Shown here: in pieces, positions 1-12,809 of the stretch
How positions within the stretch are numbered: the stretch's first letter is position 1
How the letters are laid out: every line of letters starts with the position of its first letter
DNA from: Dicyema japonicum
Lineage: Eukaryota; Animalia; Dicyemida
Assembly: GCA_011109175.1 (NCBI GenBank)
Contig: RDEW01000020.1
Location: 366,514-430,513 of the forward strand
DNA: 64,000 nt
Direction: 5' to 3'
The notes under the pieces: model-generated
The model's database searches: none
Seen by the model: the letters and a program-made list of their open reading frames with translations, nothing else
What the model was told of the DNA's origin: nothing
Program-made: the position numbers and the translations under genes

Positions 1-1001
1 ACATTACATGCTCATTTCGCATATTTAAACAATTTCTGATATGGAATATTCCTAAAACGTTTCATTTTACTTTTTACCTCGAACATAACCTTGAATAAAA
101 TAACCATCAAAATGGACACTAACAGGACCAACATTAATGAGAACATCCAAAAGCATTTGTTCGTCACCATTATTGATTCTTTTATAACCAATCAATTTAA
201 ATTTAATATCTGGTTGACCCTTATATTTACATTTACCCTCCTATAGAATTATTTGTAAAAACAATTACCTTGGCCACATATGGATATCGTTTTTCAGAAT
301 TAATTCCTCCGTTTTTTTAATATAAATATACACTTGTGATGGTGATCCACCATAGCATCCATGATGAGTTGCACAATCAACTATGTTTTGTTCACTCATA
401 GATATAAGAATTTTGCGTTTAAATGTGCTACTGTAGCCAACTAAATGCATTAAACATTCGTTAACTGCCCCAAATGCATAGCAACTCCACACCAATATCC
501 TTGATTTTTTATAGTAGTAACACAGTTTCGTTTTACCCAACTAAAAGATCTCGGAAATCTCTTTTTATTTACATGCACAGTATAATCATACAGTAATTCT
601 TCTGTGAATGTATGATTAGAATAAGTATTAAACGTGAATTTGTTTGGCTTGATAAATTCTCTTCTTGTCTACAAAAATAGATAGTAAATAAACCAAGTCA
701 GCAAACTGATTAATTCCCAATTCATACAAATATTTTCCTTGATTAAAAAGTAAATTGTGGTTGTCAATCAATCTTAAGTTTTCAGTAAAAATAGCCCTTC
801 TAACATGAAGTTCTAAACCAGAATATGATTTATCTGTAAAAAGTAAAAATAAATTTAACTATATTTTTCTATGAAATTATTCCATTGGATTTCATAATAT
901 TCACCGTCTTTAAGTGAATACTTGATTGATTCGTATCTTAAATGAATTTTAGATAAAATAAAGTAATTCAAAAATAAAACAAGGAAAACTGGACTGATCA
1001 T
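1..1001 (-). CDS. Papain-family (C1A) cathepsin L-like cysteine protease, copy 1; 3' end runs off the window, frameshifted
   Basis: Signal-like MISPVFLVLFL; I29 prodomain (ELHVRRAIFTENLRLIDNHN, NQFADL); WVKRNCVTTIKNQGYWCG/SCYAF; SEQNIVDC..GCYGG; tiny introns. Confidence 0.85.
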
Positions 1002-1419
1002 TTTAATTAATTCAGTTTATTTTTTATTTAAATATTTTTAAATATTAATATAATTTTGTTTAATAAATATAATTTTTTGTTCTACTGGTTTTGTGCATGT
1101 CTGTTTTCACCAGTTTGCAAACAAATCCTGAGGGCCGTCTTACAGAGAATATTGAAGATGGAAACCAACTAGAAGTGTGTTTTAAGGACTACATGATGCT
1201 AATGGAACTAGCATACGATCTCCTGTGGGAAATGTTCCTGCTCATCTGCTGTCCCTCAAAGCATTAGTCACTGAGATTCGATCAGGTGACAGGATCAAGT
1301 GGATCTCAATGGTTGTTAACTCTGCGAAAAGGAGATTCAGGAGAATCCCTCGGGGTGGATGGAGTCTCATCGTCTTGCAATTCAATGATCGTTTCTCCAC
1401 TCGGCGTTAGAAAATTATT

Positions 1420-2546
1420 GAATGTAAAGCCTAATACAAAGACGCCCGTGGACTAGAAAAGTCGAGATGCTTTAATCGGATCAGGAGGCTCAGAGAACAA
1501 CTTAACAAAAACAGAAACTATGGAAAATGCAAAGAAGAATTTTATGTTCAAATTGAGAAAGTTAAATCAGTTCCTCGATATGGAAGGAAACTCACACAAA
1601 AGATTCCATACAAGTTGCTTAAAAAGGATGTTCTTACTACATTAAATGCAGTGATATCAAAATATGTGTCATGATATCCGCCAACGGACATGAATGAGAT
1701 AACTGACATAATTGATGCTGCACAATGCGCATATGAAAATTTGACTAAGAAGCAATCAGTAAAAAGCTGTTGGAGGGAAAACGTGGAGAAAAGAATTGCA
1801 AAATTCAAAGAAAATTGCGCCTTAGTTTATGGGTTTACTGGGAAGCAGTCAAGGGAAGAAAGGGAGAAAACGTTTGATGTTTTATGCTCGTTTGGATGCA
1901 AAAAAAAGGGAGAGCTGAAAAAATCTCTACCTAATTGAAGACAAAATCAAGATCATGGAGGAAAAAATCTCAATTCATAAATCAAGAAAATCCTTTAGAC
2001 GAGATAATTTTTGTTTGAGCTGAACAAGAAAAGGTTTTTGACGAATCGAGTCTAAGAATGGTTCAAATACTTCTATCTAAGACAGAGCTCCTTGTGAGAG
2101 TTGGAAAAATCTACTCAAGAAAATTTGAAACAAACACAGGCACTCCTCAAGGAGACTCCCTCGCTCCGCTACTATTCACAATATACTTGGAGGTCGCTAT
2201 GAGGGAACTGAGACCATTATACAAGTAAAAATAGAAGTGATTATGCTGATAAATCAATGTGTTAGATGCTGGCGAATTCGAAATTAAACGCTGTAAACTT
2301 GTTAAAAGCGATAAATGAATACGCATCCTCGCTAAATAATTATTATATTGGGCTTATCGACATTGAACCACGTGAATTCAAAGCTATTGATTTAAAATCC
2401 GGCGTATACTCTCTAACTCACGAGTGAACTTAAAACCTGCTTACAAAGAAAGATTATATCTCAGCAGGAATAGTTTTGGAGAGGATTAACCTCAATTTCT
2501 GATACAAGTGACCGACCTTGAGAGGAAATCTTCCATGTGTCTTCGA
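1420..2546 (+). mobile_element. R4/Dong-like retrotransposon remnant with an embedded RTE fragment
   Basis: Copy of the 54880-58319 nest; GTPQGDSLAPLLF RT motif near 2140. Confidence 0.75.
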
Positions 2547-2549
2547 TCA

Positions 2550-2940
2550 ACCTTTCCCCTCCACTTGGAGGTTCCCGTAAGGATATCTTTAATTGTCGTA
2601 ATACCATTTTGAGAAATTCTTCATAAATATTAGAATCTGAATCACAGTCTCTAACAAAGATAGATAATCGTGCATTATCAACAACATCGACTGTTTCATT
2701 GTTCATAATTGAAAAATTGTTAAATTTAACAATTCAGACTTTAATTGGTGTTTCAAAATCAAAGACATTTTATAACAGTGTTTCTAATTAATGAAATATC
2801 GTTAAAGTAGTGGGCGTTGTCTGGAAAAAATTATTGCTGTTTTACAAGGCATTGCGTGATGAAAAAACCATCGCAATATGATTTTTCATTAATTGCAAGC
2901 ATTCTGCTTTTTTCATAGCTAGCAGTAACTGATGAGCGCT
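2550..2940 (-). mobile_element. hAT (Buster/SPIN, GTF2IRD2-like) transposase fragment
   Basis: ETVDVVDNARLSIFVRDCDSDSNIYEEFLKMV; related to 21360-21800 and 63420-64000. Confidence 0.8.
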
Positions 2941-3258
2941 TCGATTGTGATTTTTAATGATTATTATCGTAGAGCTACCTCCAGATAAATAATAAACAAC
3001 ATCGGGGATAATAGATTCCCTTAAGAGGTACCAATTGTCGATTCAAATGTCCTCGATAAAGTTTTTTTTATTTTAAAAATTGCAATTTTCTTGTTGCCCT
3101 AGTAATAACACTGCCATTAAACTAAGCAGTTAAACAGACATTACCGGACTATTCGAGACATCTGCTATCAGTACATCGTCCACGTAAATAAACATTATTT
3201 ATTTTTAAAATTGCAATTTTCTTAGTGATAACACTGACATTAAGCTAAGCAGTTAAAC

Positions 3259-4080
3259 CAGTGTTTCCCAAACTTTTTGAGAGCACGAACCTAATCGACA
3301 TTTTTCATTTTAAACAAAACCCTTATATAGTTTTTAACAATTATCAGTATTTTACTAATATAAAAAAATAAAATGCTAGTTATTGAGATAGCTGAGGCTG
3401 ATGTCACTTGCATAGATCTAATATTTGGCCTTGTCTTGACAGGGGTAATCGTAGGTCTTCCACATACAGTAGGTCGCGCGTTTTTTATACTTTATATTTG
3501 CTAATTCAGAAAATCCACTTTCAAAGAGATAAGTCGTTGAAAACTGGACAGAAACTCCCCAAGCTTTGTTAGCCAGAATAAGATATTCTTTTTTTACAAT
3601 CAGCCAAAACGAATCAATATCAAGATGTAACCTCCATTTTTAATGTTCTGTCACTTGAAACAAACGCATGTTCTACTTTCTCTTTACTGATAGCTCGTTC
3701 TAGTTAATTCGTATTCACCAAAAGGATCCTTCACCCACTCATAGAGTTCAACTGATATGGGTCGAAAAAAATTTTTCGTACATGTAAATATTAACTCAAA
3801 ATGGTCTACAATATGTGGAATAATTCTTTAAAATTTCTTTGTTACACATGTGGGAACATTTCCAAGATTCCATTCGTAATATGTCGATTCTATATTTGTA
3901 GTTTTTTTCAAAAAAGCAGCTATTTATTACGCGCAACTCAATAGATTTTCATTTCTTCCTTGCATCTGCTATTGAGAACATTGAGTTCATGAAAAATATC
4001 GGCCAAGTATGCTAATTTGCACCACCAACATTCATCATTGAGACATTCAATAAAGTCATCCAACTTCTTTTGTATGACAG
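3259..4080 (-). mobile_element. hAT/Buster transposase C-terminal remnant with terminal repeat
   Basis: CAGTGTTTCCCAAAC end at 3259; KLAYLADIFHELNVLN, FW and FSTTYLFESGFS dimerisation-domain motifs. Confidence 0.75.
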
Positions 4081-4099
4081 CTAAATTCATTATGTTTCG

Positions 4100-4620
4100 T
4101 TTCAGTTTCCCGGATAAGTTGAGTCGGGAGTTTGTTTCTTTATTATTGTCATCAGATTCCTTTGTAGGTATTCCGAGTGCGACAGGTGCAAAGCATATAA
4201 GTTTTAGCCAGGATTCCCAACTGTCAGAGAATAGTGCGTGATCGATGGCATCTGAAAGACACGTTGCTGCGGCAATTCGTACTTCTTTTGAAATTTTTAC
4301 TGATCTTCATGGCTTTCCTGAGGTTCGAGATCTTCAAGAGAGTATGGTCTGTATGTGGCAGTGTAAAGTTTGACTGAGTTATTTTTTCCCGCCTGGGGGC
4401 CTCCATTCCAATACAAGAGGGGCACAGCCAACTCGACAGCGTCTCGGCGCAAGCTTTACTCATTTTTATGCAGCCCAGATGGGCGAATGATTCACATTGT
4501 GTGCAGTTAATTCCATATTTCCTGATGTTCGATTGTCCACATAAAAAACATACCTGATTTGTCCGTACTGGATTTGTTCCTCGTACTTTGTCTTTCGTTT
4601 CGTTCTTTAATTTCCATGAG
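4100..4620 (-). mobile_element. PHD-finger-bearing N-terminal fragment of a CRE-like retrotransposon
   Basis: CFLC..CTQC..HLGC..WLCPSC, followed by sequence resembling the CRE N-terminus at 18300-18430. Confidence 0.55.
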
Positions 4621-4949
4621 ATTTTTGTTTATCACACCACTTAATAAACGTGCGTTTAGCTGCGTTTTTGCTCTAAATAATTAAAAAATTAATTTCAACA
4701 ATAAAACTCTTCATTTTCCAATATTATAAACAATTTAAAATTCCAGGTTAGACGATTGTATTCATTTAAGTTTTAATTAAGACAAAAAATTCAAAAAAAA
4801 TATTTTATTTATAAGAAAGGGTAAGTCACTTCTTTTTAAGCTTTTTAACGCGACTCATGTGGACAATCTCGGTATGTCCCTCATTTGATTGAAGTGTCAT
4901 TCGCTTGTTAGACAATATATCTACGACTTTCACTTTTTCACTGTAGGGG

Positions 4950-5340
4950 AAATTCAAATTTCCCTAACTTTAGCGAGGAATTTGTCCCATAGTCCTTTTT
5001 TACTCAAACCTATATTGTCAATGTAATTAACTAACCTCATCTCCTTTCTCGAATGAGTATTTTGAGCAATGAACACCCATTTTTCTGTTCATTCTTTTGA
5101 AATAAGGGGAATTCAATTCTAATGGACAATGCATGAAGTCAAATTCTATGAAATAATAATATTTTAGTAGGATTTTGCTGCATCACCAAAAGTAAATGTT
5201 TCTGAATAATTATTATAGAAGTTATTCGGATCATACAACATACTTTTGTGGGAGTATAACTAATCTCATAATTCTACACGTGCTATTTGACATTTCATAT
5301 CCATCAATAAAGATACCAAATGGACGAAAGCTTCAAGAAC
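4950..5340 (-). mobile_element. Ginger-like integrase C-terminal remnant
   Basis: Nucleotide similarity to 6250-6440 (VKKDYGTN versus AKKDFGTN). Confidence 0.4.
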
Positions 5341-5596
5341 CACTATGTATGTGGATTTTGAGGCTTGAATAAGAAGGTTTTCCTATTTGTATTTAGTACT
5401 GTCTTAATCCCGTCTCTAACAGATGCGAAAGTTAGTTCATTTAAAAATAATCGAAACATATCGTTGTTTGAAAATACGATGAGAGCAGCCACCAATTTGA
5501 TTTAAAGAAAAATCTAAGCGAAGAACCCATAGTTGAGGAGAACGGTTTGATAGAAGACAAATACACAGAACAAAATTGGCAGCAAAAACGCATTAT

Positions 5597-5901
5597 CATT
5601 TTCACGAGAGCCATAATATTTATAGCTCCTCCTGGGCAAGACAAACACTTTATTTAAGTAAAAAACAGTTAATTTACTAATCTGGAACCAAAAAATGACT
5701 TCACTTCTTTTTTTCTTTTTCTTGTGTGTGGATCCTTTCTAGATAATCCGGTTCGACAGTGAGTATCCACTGATGACGGCGTCACTCGTCAAACCCTTTT
5801 AGCATCCTAGATGCGTGGAACCTTCCACCCGGTGAACAGCAGCGAGAATCGAACCCGTAACTTAAGCCACTTTTGCCTGACACCTAATTACTATGCCACC
5901 T
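5597..5901 (-). mobile_element. SINE-A copy (tRNA-derived)
   Basis: Homologous to 26681-27002; flanked by GCATTAT on both sides. Confidence 0.9.
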
Positions 5902-6169
5902 TGCATTATAATTAATTGGTATTAAAAATCCAGTTAAAGCAAAAATTTGCAGAAATTAATTAGCATCAATAATATTATGTCACATGGGCCAAGCGATACC
6001 TATGGGCTGCCTGTTACATTAACCTTGAACCAAGATTAACTTCAATTAATTTTATAAATGATTTATTAACCACAAAAAATTAAATTTAAGTAACTTTTTT
6101 AAGTCTACTTATTAATACAGTCGAAATTTCTCCTTTCGAATTTTTTATCTATCAAATTAAACTATTTAA

Positions 6170-7620
6170 AACTACCTCCACGCGATTATTCGATAAAATA
6201 TTAATTATTTCTGCAACTGGATAATACTGAGACTCAAACTTATCCAGTCGCAATGAGGGATTTGTTCCAAAGTCCTTTTTAGCCCGAACCTATTTATTAA
6301 TGTTTTTAATTCATGCTTTATTTCCCATGTTAAAAATATATTTACTATTATGAACATTCATTTTCCTGTTCATAGCTTTGTAATAATTGAATTTTCTTCA
6401 ATCGATTTAATTTCGAAATTGAATCTCTTCGCATTCACAAATTATCTGACTGGGAATTATCTAGATATAAATTTTTTAAATCAAACTACGTGACTTTTCA
6501 ATAGATACTGGAGTCGAACAATTAACCAAATCGTCAGTTTGTTTTGGAATCGCCTCTCATCACTTAAATTATCTAAGTCATAATGTGATATAAGTATAAT
6601 TATTGAATTTATTCCCATAATTTTTCGATATCTTTCGAAAGGACTTTCGTTAGAAAATGAATGGACCGATATGTTGTAACTGTAGACAGCACTTTCTAAT
6701 TTATCAAGCCACTTTTTTTCACTGTTATCCAGCATTTTTGACAACTTCCTCGTGATCGTCTGATTAAATCTTTCGACAATTCCTTGTGCTCGTGGATTGT
6801 TAGGCCTTCCGTGAATTTGCTTAATGTTAAAATCTTCGCAAAGTTTTGTTATTTCTTGATTTTTAAATTCAGAACCATTGTCCGACTGAAGAAATTTACA
6901 TGGCCCATTCAGGCGGAACAAAGATCTTAAGTTTTCACATACTTCTTTACCAGACTTATTATAGAGTGGTCGTACAAAAGCGAATCTATAAATTAAAAAA
7001 AACCAGCCTACTATATATGTCAATGACCGTTAAAATCCATTTGAAATTTTCATTTAATGTTGAAAATTTTTTCAGGTCTATTAGATCTACCTGAAAACGT
7101 TCATTTGGAGAAGAAGCAAACACATGGTGATTTATATCTCCAATCTACAATTATAAAAAATCACGAACTTTTAAAGGACGCGAAAATTTGCAGACTTCAC
7201 AATTTCGAATGACTTTTCTGATAATCTCATTCTTTACAGTGAAGTATCTTTGTCGACATTCATACTCAATTTTATTGACTCCTCCGTGTGAAAACTCGTG
7301 CAACGATTTCGCAACATGCTCCATTTCGGTTTCATTATCCAGGGATATGACTAACTTGGATCAGTTGATTTAAGATACAGTCTAAAATTATTGAAAATTT
7401 ACAATACCTGTCATTGATAATAGAAAAATTCTCTATCTTCTTTACAAGCCTATATTTTCGGTGCCTCGGAAGATTTTCGGGAAATTTATCATGCAAAGCA
7501 TCTTTTAAAGTTTGATATTCAACGCAATCTTTCACAAAACCCTTGTAAGAAGCCATTGCAACAAAATAATCTTCCATGCTATAAATCACGCTAGAAATCT
7601 AGGTTTACCGCTATAAAAAA
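6170..7620 (-). mobile_element. Ginger/GIN-like DDE integrase (rve) element, degenerate
   Basis: FHTGG..C..C zinc motif; FQVDLIDL; LQSDNGSEF; HGRPNNPRAQGIVERFNQTI; no RT or LTR seen. Confidence 0.75.
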
Positions 7621-7769
7621 TAAAATCTTTATAATCATAACATTTATGAATAAAAAACTAATTTAACAGGATTAATTACAAAAAATGTAGCAGTATGCCC
7701 ATGCCGATGTGACATATTATACTACATTTTTTTGAGATTAAAATAGACCTATCTGCATTAACGCCGCAT

Positions 7770-8390
7770 TTGCATTTATTACAAAGGTTTGCATCAGAGA
7801 TCTTCTCTTCATCTCTAGGCCAGTTAATCTTGATTACCGATTTGAGCTGAGCTCTTTGGAAAGAGTCAAGACTGTCCATTTCTTGTTTAGAGATTCCCTA
7901 AATCCCAGAGTTGTAGGTTAGTACCTGGATGAAAAAGCTTTGTATATTCTACCCTGGTGTTTAGTCCTATCTTATTTTTGTGGCTAGGTCGTATACCAGT
8001 TGGAGCTTCTTGTGCGGTTGTTTAAGTCCTCTGCAATTGAAAGTTCCCAGAGTGAACGGAGAAGTCGGTAAAGAATACAAATAAGACATTGTGAATTAGA
8101 GATGTCGTCAACACCTCAACCAAAAATATGATTTTTTCAAATCAAACAGGACCCGGATTTCGCGGAAGGTCAGAACGACACTTTCGACGATCTTGAACGA
8201 AGACCTATCCTCGGTTGGTATGAGAATAACTTCGGCGGACGATCTGGACTACCTAAGAGAACTAGCCCGCAACAGAAGATCATGGTCGAGGCTGACGGAG
8301 AGGATGATTAGGAATAGGGCACAAGATAAACTTAACTAACTTATGTTTTCTCGGGATTACTTTTAATAATAAAAATAATAATAATAATTT
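7770..8390. mobile_element. RTE LINE 3' remnant with one segment inverted
   Basis: Minus strand 7770-8040: LTYNSG..LDSFQRAQL..WP. Plus strand 8100-8390: FRGR..TL..LARNRRSW plus (TAA)n tail. Confidence 0.7.
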
Positions 8391-8793
8391 CAGCATTACT
8401 GGTGATTAAAATTGACCCGTCATGCTTACATAAATATTGGAAACCACTAAATTATGCATAGTAAAAAAGACTAAATAACAGAAATTAAAACTAAAAAATA
8501 AAAAAGTGCAGATTGTAGAATTCATTTTACCATCCACAAGAACTCCAGGAAATAAGTGCTAGTACAAACTTGTTAGTTAACCGCGACATTTCCGATGTCC
8601 TCATGAAAGTCTGATTTTTTCCGAAAATTCAAATTTCTGTGATTTCAAGACTCAACATGAATTAAACTCAATTTTAATAAATTTAATGATTATTTGTCAA
8701 TTATATGGGCGGTTAACCAAAATGAATTAAATACGGTAAATTTAGAATATAAATAGAGTTTGTTTGCTTTTTGACAATAATCGAGCGTTATCA

Positions 8794-9377
8794 ATGAGTA
8801 ATCCGATTGTTGATGGGAAATATGAGTTCACTGGGGACATTGAGAGTTCCATAAACAAGCAAATCAACAATGAACTGACTGCTTTCTACATTTACATGAA
8901 TTTGGTTGAATAATGAACTTATAGATAGAGCAATTACTTCAGCCAAGTGACTGTGAGCTACCCTGGGGCTGCAAAGTACTTTGAGAAGAAATCCGCGGAG
9001 GAGTTGGAGCATGCTAAACGATTCATGGACTACCAAATCAGAAGAGGTGGAGCTGTCTCACTAAAAAAGATTGATGTCAGTTTTATTAATGATAAATAGG
9101 GGATTCAATCCAAGTCTCTTAATATTTACGATGCCTTGATGATCGCTTATGATGCTGAACGTCAAATCACTTCAGAGATTTATAACATGTCGACTTTGGC
9201 ACAGAATAGTAATGATGTTGACGTTTACTTTGGGTTAATCTGTAGTTTGAAAATTTCATTGCTGAATTCATTAAGGAACAAATTGACGATATCTCCCAGC
9301 TGGCCAAATTGATCGCTCAATGCGGAAGATGTGAGACTGAATCGGATCGGATGTACTTCGATAGGCATCTCAGTTAA
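8794..9377 (+). CDS. Ferritin (H-type), 4 exons; introns 8905-8928, 9076-9099, 9223-9245
   Basis: Splices to an uninterrupted ORF: SINKQINNELTAFYIY, EELEHAKRFMDYQIRRGG, AERQI, KEQID, YFDRHL; ferroxidase residues retained. Confidence 0.95.
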
Positions 9378-9899
9378 TTATGGACTAATTCTCTAACCTT
9401 AACGTTACTAACATTTCTTGATTTCTCTAACTTTACTGTTGTCTTTGTTTTCAACTCACTAAACTCATATTTGAGTATCACAAAGAAATTCAGATAAGAC
9501 AAGTCATATTCTCACCAGATTTGGAAGTTTATAGTATACAAATAGACACGTTGGTAGTCCTAGTTGTCTGCAATCATTTATATTCCTAACGCTAACAAAG
9601 ATTGTTTTCACAATATCTTATAATTGTCATAGTTAGTGCTAATAAAACTGTCTCTTAACAGTTTGATTTTTTAATGTCTATGTTTAAATAGAAGATTAAT
9701 CGATGATTGTCGTTATGAGTAGTGCAATTGATATTTCATCACTTAGAGTGACATTATCGCTGTGATTATTTTTAAATATCTTTTGTAATTGGGTTAATCA
9801 AATGTCTAATGATAGAAAATTGTTTTTGTCGTTTTATCCACTGTGTGGTAGATTGGTTGAATAATAAAATTGTTGAAACACAAAGGGACTAAAGGAGTA

Positions 9900-10440
9900 T
9901 TTATTACCTTATCTCTTCTAAAAAATTCTTAATCATTTTTGTGATCTAAATAGAGGAAAAATTCTTAATAACAACCAGAAATATGTGGATTTTCACACCA
10001 GAATCAATCAATGTAGGATTTAATAAACATTAGGTGTAAAATAGTTCTTCTAAAGTAGAAAGTTATAAGATCAAGTCACCAGTCAGAATCAATAAACTAT
10101 ATCATCATGACACAGATCTCTGATAGTTGTTACAATTTCTCGTCATTTATTGTCAAATAAAACACAAAATACAATGACGTTTGAAGGGTTGGAGAGAGTT
10201 TTCAATCTTCTGATTTTTTCCAAATCTTCTGCATAAATTCTTAATATAAATCCTACAATGTCATTGTGTCTCTAATAATAATCTGAATTGTGGACTCTAT
10301 TGTATTTAGTTACAAAGTGATCCACTGTTTTACTCGACCTTTTTACTGTGGGGACATTTTGAATTAGGACATCTGAAAAAAACATGTTTGTCAAGAAGAA
10401 TGGAAACATAGCTTCAGACTCTCTTATGCAACGTTAGAAT
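9900..10440 (-). mobile_element. R4/Dong-like zinc-knuckle/RLE remnant
   Basis: CPHSKK..KTVDHFVTK..DY..RHNDIV. Confidence 0.55.
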
Positions 10441-10559
10441 GTTGAATATCTAAAGCATGGGTGTCAAACTCATTTCGCTATGAGGGTCGCAATTATATTT
10501 TATTTCTCATATTAATACAAGTTGCTGGTTAATGGTTGTTGTTGATAAGAACCAAATCT

Positions 10560-12468
10560 ATCGGATTATGCGGACTTTTGTGCCGAATTGAGTAAAGAAT
10601 ACCCAAATCGGATGGCAACCCGGGTGAAGAGGAAACGGATGGGTTTCATTAAAATAGGAATCTCTAAGGGAAATGAATATTTGAATCATAATTATGTTAG
10701 TATGTGAATTATTAATTGTTAATTTTAACTGGTCGATTCGCAGTCTATCATCTGAAAAGAACTAATTTCACCAAATGCTACCTCCATTTCAGTTATAGGA
10801 GATATCGTGGTAGTTCTAGTTGTGGTCTTGGGAGTTGTAGTAGTTGTTTTGGGTGTTCTAGTAGTCGTCTTGGGAGTTGTCGTAGTTGTAGTAGTTGTTG
10901 TGGGTGTTCTAGTAGTCGTCTTGGGAGTTGTCGTAGTTGTAGTAGTTGTTGTGGTAGCTCTAGTAGTCGTCGTGGGAGTTGTTGTAGGAGTCGTAGATCT
11001 AGTGGAAGCTCTAGTAGTCGTCTTGGGAGTTGTAGGAATCGTAGTACTCGTAGGAATTAGCTTGAATGTAAAAATAAAATACTGTTTTGCAGATTACAGC
11101 GATTCGTACTTTGGCTAACATATAACACCATTTGGAGGAATATATAAAGTTAATAAGCCCCGGACTACGTAAAATATTATTAGTACGTTGTAGCCAAACA
11201 TCTCACCAACGTATAACCAGTAGGACAAGTACCGGTAACCAAGTTTGAGTATTTTGACGAAGGTTCAAAGTATTTGGTCACTAATTGATATTTTGGGACA
11301 GGAAGACAAGTAACGTAATTCTAAAAATAAACATAACAAACACATAAATTTCTATCGCTCCTACAGTATCCCTCATAGTAAAGAGGATTCGAGTTGATGG
11401 CGAAACAGTTTTCCATAGCATACCCTTCGGGACATTTCTGCGGAATCGTCGATATCGTCGGAACAGTTTTTGGGACTGAATTACAACTAAAAATACGTAT
11501 TGCAATTCCGAGGACGGTTACGCCTCTAATTGTTGTTTTAGACTGACAATTTTTATCCAATAATTTGAGTACCCGATCAAAACTTATCCTATAATTCCTA
11601 AAGATAATTTCCAGGTGAACCTCACATGTATTGAACATCCTGAAATGAAGGAGTCGTATTTCTTGGTAGCCAATTCCGCCTGATTGAGCAGTCTCCCCAC
11701 AACCTCAGTATTTACTGTACATTCAGCATAGAACAGATTCAATTTATAATTTTACTGAAAATATTTTACGACGACGTTCATATATTCCGATGCACGAGTT
11801 TCCAGAAACGTATGATGATATTCGATTTCCAAGTTGCTGAAGCATGCAAACCTTCATAACATAGTTTGGTGGACAGGTAATCCGCGCTACTGATTTTCTC
11901 GTTTTCAATAATTTCCTATATATGGCATTTTCTGAAAGTTGAGATAACAGACATACTGCGACAAGTGACCTCAAATGTGACAGCATGTGATCTTCCTTTT
12001 GATACCAATTCACATTTATTGTCTTTTATTGTAACCGTATATTTATCGTATGGACTCATCCTTCGTTTACATCAGGAAAATCAACCAGTTGTGAATCCTA
12101 CAATCTGTGAGCACTGTCCCACTAGGACACGTGAGTATACCACTCTTGGCAAATCTTCTGCATACCGTTACCACGTAATCAGATATAGGTAAACACGTGG
12201 CGATGGCCTATTAATTATTAAATACTCCACATTGGTTATTCCCCTTCCATTGCTTCTTACTTGGCATAGGTTACCCTGAACGTATGATCCGTCGGAATAA
12301 TATTTATTTTTAGAACGGCAGTTGGAAATATGGGTATTCAATGGACAAAATGCTGTAGATATTTCCTTCTTAGTTTTTACTGGTCTTCCAAATTTGGAAT
12401 GATTATCACAAACTTTGTTTATTATTAAAATTACTAGCAAACAACAATAGAATCCCTAGCATTAACAT
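10560..12468 (-). CDS. Secreted protein with tandem Cys-rich (PCSK9 C-terminal/resistin-like) modules and a Thr/Pro mucin stalk; 3' end uncertain
   Basis: Signal MLMLGILLLFA; repeated CP-x6/7-C modules; PKTTTRT repeats; tiny introns. Confidence 0.7.
10805..11056 (-). repeat. Coding tandem repeat (TTPKTTTR-type mucin repeat)
   Basis: Repeated agtagtcgtcttgggagttgt units; open Thr-rich frame on the minus strand. Confidence 0.9.
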
Positions 12469-12809
12469 TTCAGCCACCCCCGCTTATAAATTGACTAAAA
12501 TCCCAGAATGTAGTGATTGGCTACTTCATAATTTGGCAAATTCTTTGATCTTTTCTTAAATTTGTTGTTGTTGTTAAATTCAAAAACGAGTATTAGTATA
12601 AGTATATACCAGATGTTCTCACAAGGGCTACTTTACTCTGTTGTCTGATGGCCACGTGTATCAGAGACCATGGGAATATTCTTATTTACAAGGAAACCTC
12701 TTTGTCACATGTAGTATCACTGTCACGTGTTAATGAAATCTTTTTTCGTTAAGGCATATTAGCCGTTCTTATCAGAAAATTGAAGGTGGCCAAAATCCTG
12801 ATTTATTTA

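Larger units (their letters stand above)
1..2546. repeat. Segmental duplication, copy of 53472-58319 with about 2.3 kb deleted internally
   Basis: 1-2250 is near-identical to 53472-55717; 2264-2546 is near-identical to 58039-58319. Confidence 0.95.

Noticed and set aside
8690-8793. Iron-responsive element upstream of ferritin
   Set aside because: No CAGTGN loop hairpin found
10716-11118. Poly-Val and Cys/Ser-rich plus-strand ORFs
   Set aside because: Antisense shadows of the Thr-rich mucin repeat
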